64,000 nucleotides of DNA, taken from positions 32,001 to 96,000 of the forward strand of contig CAVYXA010000006.1 of assembly GCA_963772365.1 (NCBI GenBank). The letters are read 5' to 3'. Of this stretch, positions 8,700 through 18,817 are shown in pieces (position 1 is the first letter of the stretch; each line of letters opens with the position of its first letter). A program made the position numbers and the translations under genes. The notes under the pieces are model-generated. The model was not told the origin of the DNA, did no database searches, and saw only the letters and a program-made list of their open reading frames with translations. This stretch comes from an uncultured Verrucomicrobiae bacterium. Lineage in GTDB: Bacteria > Verrucomicrobiota > Verrucomicrobiia > Chthoniobacterales > UBA10450.

Positions 8700-9428
8700 A
8701 TGCCGACAGCTTCACCTCCTTCCACCGATGTCGCGCTCGAGACGAGCGTCTTTTGGTTCCGCTACCGAAGGGAGATCATCGCCCTCGTTATTCTTGGCTT
8801 GCTCGCCCTGCTCGGATATACCGGTTATCGCCTCTACATCGCACATCGTGACTCAGAAGCCGCAGCACTCCTTGCTGGCGCTAAAAGAATTCCGGACTAT
8901 CAGCAAGTCATTGATCGCTATCCTGGGACTCCGGCAAGCGCCGACGCGTATCTTTTGCTGGCTGACACGCAGCGCGCAGACAAAAAGTTCGCCGATGCGA
9001 ATGCCACGCTCCAGGCGTTTATTAGCAAAAATCCAAACCACGAGCTCGTCACATCGGCGCGAATGGCGATGGCGGCCAATCTGGAAGCGATGGGCAAAAC
9101 GGATGAAGCGCTGGCCATGTATCAGCAAATTGCCTCGAGCTACCCGAAAAGTTTCAATGCGCCTTTGGCGCTCATGTCGCGAGTCCACCTGTTCAAGGCA
9201 ACGGGGAAAAATGACGAGGCGCGTCAGACTTGCGAACAGATCATGACCCAGTATCGCGACAGTTTTTGGGCGAGAGAAGCGGCCCAGCAACTTCGCTCGC
9301 TGCAGCTAAAGATGCCCGTGGCGTCAGAGCAAAAATCCGCGACCGGTCCGGCGAATCAACCACCATCATTGCTGGCGCGTCCGCCCCTAGCGCAACCTCA
9401 ATCAGCGCCGACAGCGAAGCCGAAGTGA
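8700..9428 (+). CDS. Membrane-anchored TPR protein (YfgM-like)
   Basis: N-terminal FW..YR plus TM segment, TPR-like helical repeats, Pro-rich tail. Confidence 0.8.
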   Translation: MPTASPPSTDVALETSVFWFRYRREIIALVILGLLALLGYTGYRLYIAHRDSEAAALLAGAKRIPDYQQVIDRYPGTPASADAYLLLADTQRADKKFADANATLQAFISKNPNHELVTSARMAMAANLEAMGKTDEALAMYQQIASSYPKSFNAPLALMSRVHLFKATGKNDEARQTCEQIMTQYRDSFWAREAAQQLRSLQLKMPVASEQKSATGPANQPPSLLARPPLAQPQSAPTAKPK

Positions 9429-9498
9429 TTTAGAGACCATCGCGGGCTTCCGGCTTGGTTCTTCCGACGCGATGAACCTGCGCTTTAACGCAGAGAAA

Positions 9499-9894
9499 TT
9501 ATCGTTTCGAGAATTGGAAACGTTTCCGCGCGCCGGGTTGCCCGGATTTCTTCCGTTCTTTCATTCGCGGATCGCGACGAAGCAGGCCTTCGGATTTTAA
9601 CGTGCCGCGCAGGTTAGGATCGATCTGAAGCAGGGCGCGGGCAATCGCGAGTCTCGCCGCACCGGCCTGACCGCCGGCGCCGCCGCCGCTGGCGTTGATC
9701 GAGAGATCGTAAGAGTTCACGACTTTTGCGCTCTGGAGTGGCTGCAACACGGTGTTTTGCAGTGGCGCCGTCGGGAAATAATCTTCAAAGGCGCGGCCGT
9801 TGATGTCGATCTTACCGCTCCCGGACGTCATGCGGATCCTTGCGATGGAAGTTTTGCGACGACCGGTGGCGATAAATTCTTCGGATCGAGCCAT
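9499..9894 (-). CDS. rpsI: 30S ribosomal protein S9
   Basis: TGRRKTSIAR ... RDPRMKERKK.G..GARKRFQFSKR. Confidence 0.99.
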   Translation of the reverse strand: MARSEEFIATGRRKTSIARIRMTSGSGKIDINGRAFEDYFPTAPLQNTVLQPLQSAKVVNSYDLSINASGGGAGGQAGAARLAIARALLQIDPNLRGTLKSEGLLRRDPRMKERKKSGQPGARKRFQFSKR

Positions 9895-9907
9895 AAAGTA
9901 GAAGGTG

Positions 9908-10339
9908 TTAAGAAACTGAGGCTGAAGCTGGTTTCTGTGCGCTGTGCGGGTGGGATTCGCCCCGGTAAACCTTTAGTTTACGATATACCGCGCGACCGAG
10001 CCGATTGTGCGGAATCATTCCGCGCACGGCCCGTTCGACCAGCAGTTCAGGATGTCTAGCACGCCGGGCCCGGACGTTTTCAGATTTATGTCCGCCCACG
10101 TATCCGGAAAAACTCATGTAGGTCTTTTGCTCTTCCTTCTTGCCCGTAACGCGCACCTTATCAGCGTTAATTACAATGACGAAATCGCCAGTATCGACGT
10201 GCGGGGTGAAGATTGGTTTGTTTTTCCCGCGCAATAAATTCGCCGCCTTGGCCGCAACTCGGCCCAGCACCTGGTCCTTCGCGTCAATGAGCCACCACTG
10301 ACGCTCGACGTCTTTAGCTTTGGCGGAGTAGGTCTTCAT
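9908..10339 (-). CDS. rplM: 50S ribosomal protein L13
   Basis: [36 protein letters not shown]. Confidence 0.99.
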   Translation of the reverse strand: MKTYSAKAKDVERQWWLIDAKDQVLGRVAAKAANLLRGKNKPIFTPHVDTGDFVIVINADKVRVTGKKEEQKTYMSFSGYVGGHKSENVRARRARHPELLVERAVRGMIPHNRLGRAVYRKLKVYRGESHPHSAQKPASASVS

Positions 10340-10461
10340 TTCGGTCTGAAAAAGGGGACGGAAACTACCGGGCAGAGGCGGCGCTGTCAACTCACTGAGG
10401 CATAAACGTGCCCGGTTGTTATCGGATAAAGATGGCACCCGAGGTGCTTCTAGAAATTATA

Positions 10462-11124
10462 ATGCGCCGCCGCTTGGTCCTTTCTCTGGTTCCGTTCGTC
10501 TGTCTCCATTTCGCCGCAGCAGATGACGATTTGTCTGCTCCGGAATCGCTCGTCTCCGGCAGCGCTATCGTTCACGAAATAAATCTGGCGCGTCAGAATC
10601 CCGCAGTTTACGCCAGCTACCTCGAAGAATTGCGCTCTCGTTGCGATGGCAAATTCCTCCGCCAGCCAGGACACGTGAGAATTTGCACGAAAGAAGGCGT
10701 CCACGGCTTAAATGAAGCGATTCGGTTCCTTCGTTCGATAAAGCCATTACCGCCGTTGATCGTGTCGCCCGGCATGTGCAAGAGCGCGGCTGATCATTGC
10801 GCCGATCAAACGGGAGGCCGACTTGGCCATGCCGGGAGCGACGGGAGTAACCCCGGACGGCGAATGAGTCGTTATGGTTTCTGGGACTCGGCCTGGGCCG
10901 AAAACATTTGGTACGGAAAAACCACGCCACGCGACATTGTCATCCAGTTGATTGTCGATGATGGCCTGTCGGGCCGTAAACATCGTAAGAACATTTTTAA
11001 TTCGACCTTTAACTATGCCGGTGCCGCCTACGGCCCGCACGCGATCTACGGTAGCGTGTGTAACATCGACTTCGCTGCGAATTACATTGAGCGCGATTCA
11101 GCCGTGATTGCGCGCGGCTATTAA
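10462..11124 (+). CDS. Secreted CAP/SCP-domain protein
   Basis: EINLARQNP, AADH, GHAGSDGS, AENI and HRKNIFN motifs. Confidence 0.88.
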   Translation: MRRRLVLSLVPFVCLHFAAADDDLSAPESLVSGSAIVHEINLARQNPAVYASYLEELRSRCDGKFLRQPGHVRICTKEGVHGLNEAIRFLRSIKPLPPLIVSPGMCKSAADHCADQTGGRLGHAGSDGSNPGRRMSRYGFWDSAWAENIWYGKTTPRDIVIQLIVDDGLSGRKHRKNIFNSTFNYAGAAYGPHAIYGSVCNIDFAANYIERDSAVIARGY

Positions 11125-11218
11125 CTGCAAGCCAGTTACACCTTCAGAATTGTTAAGATCGCAACGGGCTGTCGATCTTGCGCTGTCGCCAAATCGGGAG
11201 CAAACATAGTCCTTCCCC

Positions 11219-12061
11219 ATGATCGAAGGACAAACTGCGCAGAGAGGCAAAGAAAAATTTCCCGATCCCGCCATTGACGGACGCATGTGCGAGTTGTGCG
11301 GCGGCCGGACCTTTTCGATGTTGCACAGCTGGGAAGCGGATAATCGCTGGAATCCAGCGGGTACGCCGATTGCCGTTTGGAAATGCGCATGCGGCTTTAC
11401 TTTTCTGCATCCTGTACCGTCGATCGACCAACTGCCGGATGAAGGGGATTGGTGGTCGGGAAAACGAAAGAGATTTAGCCGAAAGCGGCGCCTGAAGGCC
11501 GCCTGGAATCAGCTTCGCAGGAAACTGTTTGGCGGCCCGAAGGAACGTTTCCTTTGGTACATGCGCAAGGTTGTGCCATCCGGCCGGTTTCTCGATGCTG
11601 GTTTTGGCAAAGGAGAAATGCTGCTATTGGCCAGCCGCTTCTATGATTCTGTCGGGATCGATCCTTCGCCGAGCGCCGTCGCATGGGGAAAAGGCAAAGG
11701 TCTGAATGTGGTCCAAGGAACACTTGAGAACTACCAGTGTGAGCCCAATTCGTTCGACTCAATCTTGCTCGATTCCGTAATCGAACATGTTGAACATCCC
11801 GGCGCACTTCTCCAAAGAGCGCACCAGCTGCTGCGCGATGGCGGCGTCGTGATCATCGTCACGCCGAAGTTAAACGGCCCTGCGCATCGGTTGCATGGAG
11901 CGGATTGGAACGGGTTCCGGCATGGCTATCATACATTTCTGTTTACGGGGAAAACTTTGGGCGAGCTTATGCGCAAATCCGGCTTTCAGGTTTTGCGCTG
12001 GCCCAGGAGAAACCGGATTCTTGATGACATCCTTGTTTTGTGGGGCCGAAAGACAACTTAG
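11219..12061 (+). CDS. Class I SAM methyltransferase with N-terminal Cys (Zn-binding-like) motifs
   Basis: CELCG...CACG; FLDAGFGKG; VIEHV. Confidence 0.85.
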   Translation: MIEGQTAQRGKEKFPDPAIDGRMCELCGGRTFSMLHSWEADNRWNPAGTPIAVWKCACGFTFLHPVPSIDQLPDEGDWWSGKRKRFSRKRRLKAAWNQLRRKLFGGPKERFLWYMRKVVPSGRFLDAGFGKGEMLLLASRFYDSVGIDPSPSAVAWGKGKGLNVVQGTLENYQCEPNSFDSILLDSVIEHVEHPGALLQRAHQLLRDGGVVIIVTPKLNGPAHRLHGADWNGFRHGYHTFLFTGKTLGELMRKSGFQVLRWPRRNRILDDILVLWGRKTT

Positions 12062-12186
12062 AAAGCGAAACAGTCAGAGAACAGGAGTTCACAACCCCAC
12101 AAGGTCACGGCTTTTTCTAATTTGGTCGTTTGCCCTGATTGGTTGCTACTAAGGACAACGCGCTGACAATCTGCTATCTCTTGGCC

Positions 12187-12786
12187 ATGCCGAATGGACA
12201 AAACCTGATGAGCAGCTTCGAGTTTATCGCGGCGCTCATGTCGATCATCATCGGCCTCGGCGTAACGAATCTCCTGGCCGGCGCTGGCCGAACATTCTAT
12301 CGCCGCAGACAAAATCCGATCGATGAAGTCCACATTGTCTTTACGGCAGCGACGCTGCTTCTCCTCGTCTTGCAATGGTGGGTCACATTCAAATGGAATA
12401 CGCAGGTCAATTGGAGCTTCGACGAGTTTTTGGTCCTGATTGTTTGGACAATTTCACTGTACATGTTGACGGTTTTTCTCTATCCGCCCGATCTTTCGCA
12501 GGAAGAGGAAGGGTCAGATCGGTTTCATCGGAACCGCACCGGATACTACTCGAGCTTCATCGTGATGTGTTTGCTCGACATCACCCAAACAGCCATCCGC
12601 GGCGAACTTTTCCAGCCGATCTGGTATTTGCCTTATGTTTCTCAATATGCGCTGCTGGCTGGAGTAGGATTAATTGCCCGACGGCGCGGGTATAATCGTT
12701 TTTTTGCCTGGTATTTGCTCATCACACTGTTGATCTGGTCGCTCGTAGTGCGGCGATATCTGGTGAGCGATTCGATCAGCGGCTAG
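12187..12786 (+). CDS. Hypothetical multi-pass membrane protein
   Basis: FEF..LMSIIIGLG start and about six TM segments; start uncertain (12187 or 12208). Confidence 0.75.
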   Translation: MPNGQNLMSSFEFIAALMSIIIGLGVTNLLAGAGRTFYRRRQNPIDEVHIVFTAATLLLLVLQWWVTFKWNTQVNWSFDEFLVLIVWTISLYMLTVFLYPPDLSQEEEGSDRFHRNRTGYYSSFIVMCLLDITQTAIRGELFQPIWYLPYVSQYALLAGVGLIARRRGYNRFFAWYLLITLLIWSLVVRRYLVSDSISG

Positions 12787-13669
12787 GTTGCGCGCCGACG
12801 AGAATAGCGATCACGTTTTCCATTCCGCTAACGACAAGCGCGAATCGGCTGTAATCGAGTTTGTCCGGTGTATCTGTTGCGCTGTGATAGTGTGGGTAAC
12901 GAAATGGCGCTGTATCGGTAATCATTATTCCCGGATAACCATGTTCCCAAAACGACCACTGGTCGGACCACGCCACACCGGGAATAAATGCCGGCAAAGC
13001 CACGCCTTGCGATGGGATCTTTGCCTGCGCCCGAAAGATCGACATGGCACGTCGCAGCAGCGCGCGTGAATGCATATTGGCAACAAAGCCAATGAAATTG
13101 CCGACCTTGGGATAAAGCAACCCGAGGCCGGGAGCTGGATAAGTTTGGGAATGCGGTACATCGGAAAAATAGCCGATCGTTTCCAGACTGATCATTGCGC
13201 CGATGCGCTCGCCACGCGCTTTGCATCGGCTCGCGTATACGAAGCTGCCCATTTGCGGTGTTTGAAAGAACGGCGGCTCTTCATTCACAAAGGCGACGAA
13301 ACGCAGCGTGGCCGATGTCGATGTTCTGGCGAAGCGTCGGGCTAAAGCGAGAAGTGCGGCCACACCGCTCCCGTTGTCATTCGCGCCAGGCGATCCCAAG
13401 ACCGAATCGTAGTGTGCACCGACGATTACGATTTCTGGTCCGGCGCCGGGAATCTCGCTGTCGATGTTGTGACAAGTGCGCCCATGCAAATCGTAACTGA
13501 TCCGCTGCGGCTTCAATCCAGCCCGCGAAAAGGAACTCTCGATAAAATCGGCTGCCGCGCTGAGTTGCGCGTAATGCCAGACGTTTCGCTCGCCGACCTT
13601 CCCGGCGATTGTTTGAACATCCGCTTCCAATTCCGCGCGGAGATTCAGATCATCCACCTTATCAGCCAA
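12776..13669 (-). CDS. M28-family metallopeptidase
   Basis: GAHYDS, PGANDNGSG, FVNEEPP, SDQ and YHS..D motifs. Confidence 0.92.
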   Translation of the reverse strand: MADKVDDLNLRAELEADVQTIAGKVGERNVWHYAQLSAAADFIESSFSRAGLKPQRISYDLHGRTCHNIDSEIPGAGPEIVIVGAHYDSVLGSPGANDNGSGVAALLALARRFARTSTSATLRFVAFVNEEPPFFQTPQMGSFVYASRCKARGERIGAMISLETIGYFSDVPHSQTYPAPGLGLLYPKVGNFIGFVANMHSRALLRRAMSIFRAQAKIPSQGVALPAFIPGVAWSDQWSFWEHGYPGIMITDTAPFRYPHYHSATDTPDKLDYSRFALVVSGMENVIAILVGAQPSR

Positions 13670-14786
13670 TCTTCTTGCGGAACAAAAGTGCGCAGAAAGA
13701 AAAGAGAACGATCGACATCGCGATCAGAACGACGAGGTGCGGCCAGTATTCGAAAAAATGCGCGCCGCGCAGAATGATGGCTCGGGCCAGGGAAATAAAA
13801 TACGTGGCCGGAAGAATCGCGCCCAAGGCATAAAAAATCCAGGGCATCGTTTCGCGTGGAAAAACAAAGCCAGAAAAGAAAACACTGGGCAACATGTAAG
13901 TCATGGACATCTGGAGCGCTTGCATCTGGTTTTTGGCTTTGATTGCCACGAGCAGGCCGAGGCTGAGCAAAGCGAAGACATAAACGAATGTAGCAACCAG
14001 CATTGCCAAAACGCTCCCATTGATCGGCACCGCAAACATGAACCTCATGATGAGGAAGAGAATCACCGCCATGGTCATGCCAATGCAAAGATACGGCACG
14101 ATTTTGCCGAGCATCAGGCCCCAACGGCTGAGAGGACTAACGAGCAGAGTTTCGAGGGTGCCTTTTTCACGCTCTCGCACAACAGCCATGGCCGTTGCAA
14201 AAGTGGTGCCGATTTGCAATACGATCCCGATCACGCCCGGGATGTAGAAGTTTGGGCTGCGCATCGTGGGGTTGTAAAGCATCTGCGGACGGATATCGAT
14301 CGGGACATCGCGACGGCCAGTCTCGCGCAAAAGTGTTTCGACGGATTGGCGAAGACCCACGGCGAGCGCGGTGTTGAGCGCTTGCAAAGCCGTCGTGGAA
14401 TTGGAGCCATCGATCAATAGTTGCACTTGGGCCGGTTGTCCGGCGCGCAAGTGCTCGGTGAATTTGGGCGGGATATCCAACCCCGCATAAGCGCGCCCGC
14501 TGCGAATTACGCTCGCCATTTCGTCGATGCTTTGCACGGCCCCGACCACCCGGAAGGTTTCCGTGTTCACGAATCGGTCGATGAATTGCCGGCTTGCTAC
14601 GCTGCGGTCCTCATTCAAAATTACCATCGACATATTTTTGACGTCGGTGTCGAGTGCGTAGCCGAACGCGATCATTTCGACCAGCGGCGGAAAAAACATG
14701 AAGAACAGGGTCATCGGGTCGCGCCAGACGACGATGAATTCCTTGAACAGAATGGCACTGAGACCGCGAAAAGGTTTATGTTTCAT
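13662..14786 (-). CDS. ABC-2 exporter permease (YbhR/YbhS-like)
   Basis: KEF..VWRD, large periplasmic loop, REREKGTLETLLVSP, FSGFVFPRETMP. Confidence 0.92.
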   Translation of the reverse strand: MKHKPFRGLSAILFKEFIVVWRDPMTLFFMFFPPLVEMIAFGYALDTDVKNMSMVILNEDRSVASRQFIDRFVNTETFRVVGAVQSIDEMASVIRSGRAYAGLDIPPKFTEHLRAGQPAQVQLLIDGSNSTTALQALNTALAVGLRQSVETLLRETGRRDVPIDIRPQMLYNPTMRSPNFYIPGVIGIVLQIGTTFATAMAVVREREKGTLETLLVSPLSRWGLMLGKIVPYLCIGMTMAVILFLIMRFMFAVPINGSVLAMLVATFVYVFALLSLGLLVAIKAKNQMQALQMSMTYMLPSVFFSGFVFPRETMPWIFYALGAILPATYFISLARAIILRGAHFFEYWPHLVVLIAMSIVLFSFCALLFRKKIG

Positions 14787-14934
14787 TTTTTTTCCGCTGC
14801 GGCCCATCTCTAGCTGATACTTGAAACTTCGTAGGTTGCATTTTGCGCGCAACCTTAACCTGGCATGAAATGGAGGATAAGATTTCGATGAAAAGTATTT
14901 GGCTTTTTAGCCAGAAGCGGGCATTTCTACTACG

Positions 14935-17091
14935 ATGCAAAGTGGGCGAGTCCTGGTTCAACAGCCCGACGAGCGATTAGCTGGTGCGATTGTTAGTGCG
15001 CTGCATGAGGCTGCGCCGGAGGCGGGCGTCACCATCGGTGGCAGCCTGGAAGAGGCCCAGCAGCTCGTCGCCGATAACCATCCAGATCTTTTTGTTCTCG
15101 ATCTCGATGCCGCGCCCGGTCTCGGCCAGGATTTTCTTTACGATTTGCGAACCAGTCATCCGAATGCCCGTGCCATCATTCTCACCGGGGCACATCTCCC
15201 GACTCAGCAAGACCAGGTTGCAGGGCTGGGCGCCATTCATTTTTTAGAAAAGCCTTTTCCGCGCGAGGATTTTGTGGAGCTGGTTGAAGCGCTGCTTCGG
15301 CCCGCTGCCGGAGAAACTGGCGAAAAATTCCGCGGCACATTAAGCGATCTTCACATCGCAGACATCATCCAGTTGAAATGCATGAGCGGAGCAAACACCG
15401 CGCTGGAATTCACCAGTCCGGCCGGAGAGAAAGCGCGTGTTTTTTTTGAAAATGGCCAGGTCCGTCATGCAACGGCGCCGGGCAAAGAAGGATTGGCCGC
15501 TTTTAACGACATCGTGACGTGGAAAGGCGGAACGATTTCAGAAGTCGCAGATCGCGGATCCGTGCCGCATACAATTCGTCAGAACTGGCAATTCTTACTA
15601 ATGGAAGCCGTGCGAGAGTCTGACGAAAAGGCTGCTTCCGAAGCAAAGACGTTTCGGCCGAAAGCGACTTCCACGCGCAGAGTGCTTGTAATCGACGACA
15701 GCCTGATGTTGTTGCGTTTTGTGGAAGAGATCCTCACGGAGGCCCATTATAAGGTCGTGACCGCACCGACGGGCACGGAGGGATTGCAAGCCAGCAAAGA
15801 CGATCCTCCGGATTTGGTTCTGCTCGATTACGTTCTTCCCGATATGAAAGGGGATGAGGTCAGTCGCAAATTGCTCGAAGATCCGGCGACCGCCGATATC
15901 CCGGTAATCTACATGTCCGGTTTCGGTGCCGATCTGCGGCCGGATCGCATCGCTAATGCAAACGTCATTGCCTTCTTGAATAAACCGTTCACTTCGGATT
16001 TGCTTATTAAAACTCTCGAGAGTCATATGCCGAAATCAACTGGCGAACCCGAGCCATCGAAACCTGAAAACACACCAGAGCCGGAGCAGGTTGTCGATCA
16101 GACTGAAGAGGCGCCTGAAACTGAAGAAGCGCCTATTTTCCAGGAACCAGCCGAGCCCGAAGTGCAGCAAACCGCCGCACCGGCGGAGGAATGGTGGAGC
16201 CCACCATCTGGCGCGCCAGACTGGTCACAGCCGGAGACGCAACCGACGCCCGCATCACCCGCAGCCGAGAAGATCGATCTGCCCGATGAATCCGCAACGG
16301 GACAGGCCTTTTTTTGCGGCGACACGCATTTCTTTTCGTTGCATTGGGCGCTGCAAACAATTGCCAAAGAAAATCTCACCGGTTCTCTCCGCATGTTTTG
16401 GGAGAACGCTCCGGTTGAACTTTTTGCCCAGAATGGACACATCCTTTTCGTTACCACTCGCGATCCGGAGCTTTACTGTCCGGAAGCGCCTGTGACGCTG
16501 GTGAATGTGGACACTGAAAGAGTGGCTGCGGCGCGCAACCAACAAATGCAAACCGGTTGTCCACTTTTCCTGACACTGGCGCGTGAGGAATTGATCCTGC
16601 GCGATCCGGCGATTCAACTGGTTCAACATTACGGCCAGAAGCTGTTTGCGCGGCTTTGGACCGCGGAACGAGTGCGTCTCATGTTTGAGCAAAGTGCCGA
16701 GCTTCCGGAATTCACCCGTGAGGTTTCGCCCGAGCCGGATATCGATCATTGGGCGCTTGGTTGTTTGCGATTTATTCAATTTCAGGATCTCGGATCGATC
16801 CTCAATTATGATCCGGCGTCGATTCCCGCGTACACAAGGGACGGATTCGAACGGGTCCAAAACCTGAAACTTACCGTGGCGGAGGCGCAATTTGCTTCGC
16901 AGTTCAACGGCGTCCGCTCTATTGCCCAGATTGCCAAAAATCTGCGGCTCGATTTGAAATTCGCCAGGCTGACGCTCTTCCGTTTTCTGGCCCTCGAAAT
17001 TGTGGAATGCTGGCCGCCGAGCACCGGACCCAAGCCGGAGAGCAAGAGTATCTTTCAGCGGTTCACGCACACGATCGGCATCGGCGAGTAG
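14935..17091 (+). CDS. Multidomain response regulator (REC-DUF4388-REC-acidic linker-DUF4388-like)
   Basis: Two receiver domains (FVLDLD..EKPF; VIDDS..LLDYVLPD..NKPF), GTLSDLHIADIIQL DUF4388 motif, Pro/Glu-rich linker. Confidence 0.85.
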   Translation: MQSGRVLVQQPDERLAGAIVSALHEAAPEAGVTIGGSLEEAQQLVADNHPDLFVLDLDAAPGLGQDFLYDLRTSHPNARAIILTGAHLPTQQDQVAGLGAIHFLEKPFPREDFVELVEALLRPAAGETGEKFRGTLSDLHIADIIQLKCMSGANTALEFTSPAGEKARVFFENGQVRHATAPGKEGLAAFNDIVTWKGGTISEVADRGSVPHTIRQNWQFLLMEAVRESDEKAASEAKTFRPKATSTRRVLVIDDSLMLLRFVEEILTEAHYKVVTAPTGTEGLQASKDDPPDLVLLDYVLPDMKGDEVSRKLLEDPATADIPVIYMSGFGADLRPDRIANANVIAFLNKPFTSDLLIKTLESHMPKSTGEPEPSKPENTPEPEQVVDQTEEAPETEEAPIFQEPAEPEVQQTAAPAEEWWSPPSGAPDWSQPETQPTPASPAAEKIDLPDESATGQAFFCGDTHFFSLHWALQTIAKENLTGSLRMFWENAPVELFAQNGHILFVTTRDPELYCPEAPVTLVNVDTERVAAARNQQMQTGCPLFLTLAREELILRDPAIQLVQHYGQKLFARLWTAERVRLMFEQSAELPEFTREVSPEPDIDHWALGCLRFIQFQDLGSILNYDPASIPAYTRDGFERVQNLKLTVAEAQFASQFNGVRSIAQIAKNLRLDLKFARLTLFRFLALEIVECWPPSTGPKPESKSIFQRFTHTIGIGE

Positions 17092-17118
17092 CAAATTCTG
17101 CCAAAGCCGCGGTCGCCC

Positions 17119-17808
17119 ATGAGCCGGAAAGTTCTCGTCGTCGATATCGGCGGGACGAATGTGAAGCTGCACATATCACCTCGCGACCAGCGAAAATTTC
17201 CCTCCGGTCCAGAAATGACGCCCAAGGAGATGCTCAGAAATTTCAAAAAAGCCGTCGAGGACTGGCGGTTTGAAGCGATATCGATCGGTTTTCCCGCGCC
17301 GATTCGCCAGGGCCGGATTCTCAGAGACCCAAAACACTTGGGCAAAGGTTGGAGCAGGTTCGACATTCGCAATGCATTCGGGAAGCCGACGCAGGTAATC
17401 AATGATGCGGCCATGCAGGCGCTCGGCAGTTATCGCGGGAAACGCATGCTTTTTCTCGGGCTGGGCACTGGTCTCGGCTCAGCTCTGGTTTGGGAAAAAA
17501 CATTGTTCCCGCTTGAGCTCGGCGATTTACCCTACCGGCACGGCGACATCATTGAGGAATGGCTCGGCCAGCCGGGTCTCGATAGGATGGGGCGAAAGAA
17601 ATGGATGCGCGAAGTCGAGCACGCGATCCTGCAGTTAAAAAAGGCGTTCATCGCCGATCATGTTGTGGTCGGTGGCGGCAATGCCCGTTTTTTCAAGCGG
17701 TTGCCCGCAGGGTTCGAGCGCGGTGATAATCGGAATGCCTATCGTGGCGGCCTGCGACTGTGGGAGATCGACAAGGAAACCGGACGCAAGAAATGGAACG
17801 TGATTTGA
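17119..17808 (+). CDS. ROK-family sugar kinase (polyphosphate glucokinase-like)
   Basis: VDIGGTNVK, INDAAMQALG, LGLGTGLGSA, ELG, GGGN. Confidence 0.88.
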   Translation: MSRKVLVVDIGGTNVKLHISPRDQRKFPSGPEMTPKEMLRNFKKAVEDWRFEAISIGFPAPIRQGRILRDPKHLGKGWSRFDIRNAFGKPTQVINDAAMQALGSYRGKRMLFLGLGTGLGSALVWEKTLFPLELGDLPYRHGDIIEEWLGQPGLDRMGRKKWMREVEHAILQLKKAFIADHVVVGGGNARFFKRLPAGFERGDNRNAYRGGLRLWEIDKETGRKKWNVI

Positions 17809-17825
17809 TTTCTGGCGCGCGGAAA

Positions 17826-17907
17826 TGCCAGGGAGGGGACTCGAACCCCTAAGGATTGCTCCACCAGATCCTAAGTCTGGCGCGTCTGCCAATTTCGCCA
17901 CCCTGGC
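17826..17907 (-). tRNA. tRNA-Leu (anticodon TAG), CCA not encoded
   Basis: GCCAGGG/CCCTGGC acceptor stem, CCAGA-CTTAGGA-TCTGG anticodon arm, long variable arm, GGTTCGAGTCC T-loop. Confidence 0.97.
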
Positions 17908-18033
17908 GGCAACGGCGCTACTTTAACACAAGTCTCGTTGCTTGCGTCGCGAACGCGATCAATTCTACGGCGAATGCCGAAAGCTGTGGGCAGAGGCTTT
18001 GACCTCGGCAGTTCGAGAATCGACAATGATGAG

Positions 18034-18789
18034 ATGAATTCGATCCGGCTCATGGCGATCACCTTCGCGGCTAATATCGCTGCCTCGTTCGCGGTGCAGC
18101 CGGGGTCAGCGCCAGCGGCTACAACTTTTGAAAGCGGTGACACGCAAGCAACTTTAATCGAGCTTTTCACGTCGGAAGGTTGCAGCAGTTGCCCGCCGGC
18201 AGATGCGCGGTTGAGTAAATTCAAAAGCGATCCGGAGCTTTGGAAACGGATCGTCCCGGTCGCGTTTCATGTCGATTACTGGAACCGCTTGGGATGGACT
18301 GATCCCTTTTCGCGTCCGGCGTTTACGGACCGCCAGCGACGCTATGCCGCAGTCTGGCGAATCGATTCCGTGTACACGCCGAACTTTGTCGTGAACGGTC
18401 GGCAATGGAAAAACTGGTACAACGGTAATGCTCCACCAGCGACGAGCGAGAAAGTCGGGAAGCTTCGAATTGTGCTGAATGGCAATCAGGCAATCACGGG
18501 CAGTTTCGAGAGTGATCAACCGGGCCCGCTCCAATTGGAAGTCGCTCGTCTTGGCGCAAATCTCGAATCGGACGTGAAACGCGGTGAAAATAGCGGACGC
18601 AAACTGCGTCACGACTTCGTTGTGCTCGATCTGGTGAAGATCGACATGGTGAAAAGCGGCGATCATTGGACGGCGACCGGGTCGCTGCTGGGCACATCGG
18701 CACAACCAAGCGCCATCGCCGCCTGGGTAAAATCGGCCGATGGCGCTCCGCCCATCCAGGCGACCGGCGGTTGGCTATCGCAAGATTGA
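18034..18789 (+). CDS. DUF1223 thioredoxin-like secreted protein
   Basis: ELFTSEGCSSCPPAD, FHVDYW, YTP, GEN.GRKL.H. Confidence 0.92.
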   Translation: MNSIRLMAITFAANIAASFAVQPGSAPAATTFESGDTQATLIELFTSEGCSSCPPADARLSKFKSDPELWKRIVPVAFHVDYWNRLGWTDPFSRPAFTDRQRRYAAVWRIDSVYTPNFVVNGRQWKNWYNGNAPPATSEKVGKLRIVLNGNQAITGSFESDQPGPLQLEVARLGANLESDVKRGENSGRKLRHDFVVLDLVKIDMVKSGDHWTATGSLLGTSAQPSAIAAWVKSADGAPPIQATGGWLSQD

Positions 18790-18817
18790 CGTTTACTCTG
18801 CCCGATTAACCGGACGC

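Noticed and set aside
12776..14786. Lone ABC permease overlapping an M28 peptidase that has no signal peptide, as a deletion junction or new system
   Set aside because: Partner subunits may be encoded elsewhere; no further evidence is available in this window.
16255..17172. Long antisense ORFs (this 305 aa one, 13737-14420, 32802-33545 and others)
   Set aside because: They shadow well-supported genes on the opposite strand, as expected in GC-rich DNA, and show no motifs.
17826..17907. tRNA-Leu as an island integration site
   Set aside because: No duplicated tRNA 3' end or integrase was noticed; the flanking genes look like backbone.
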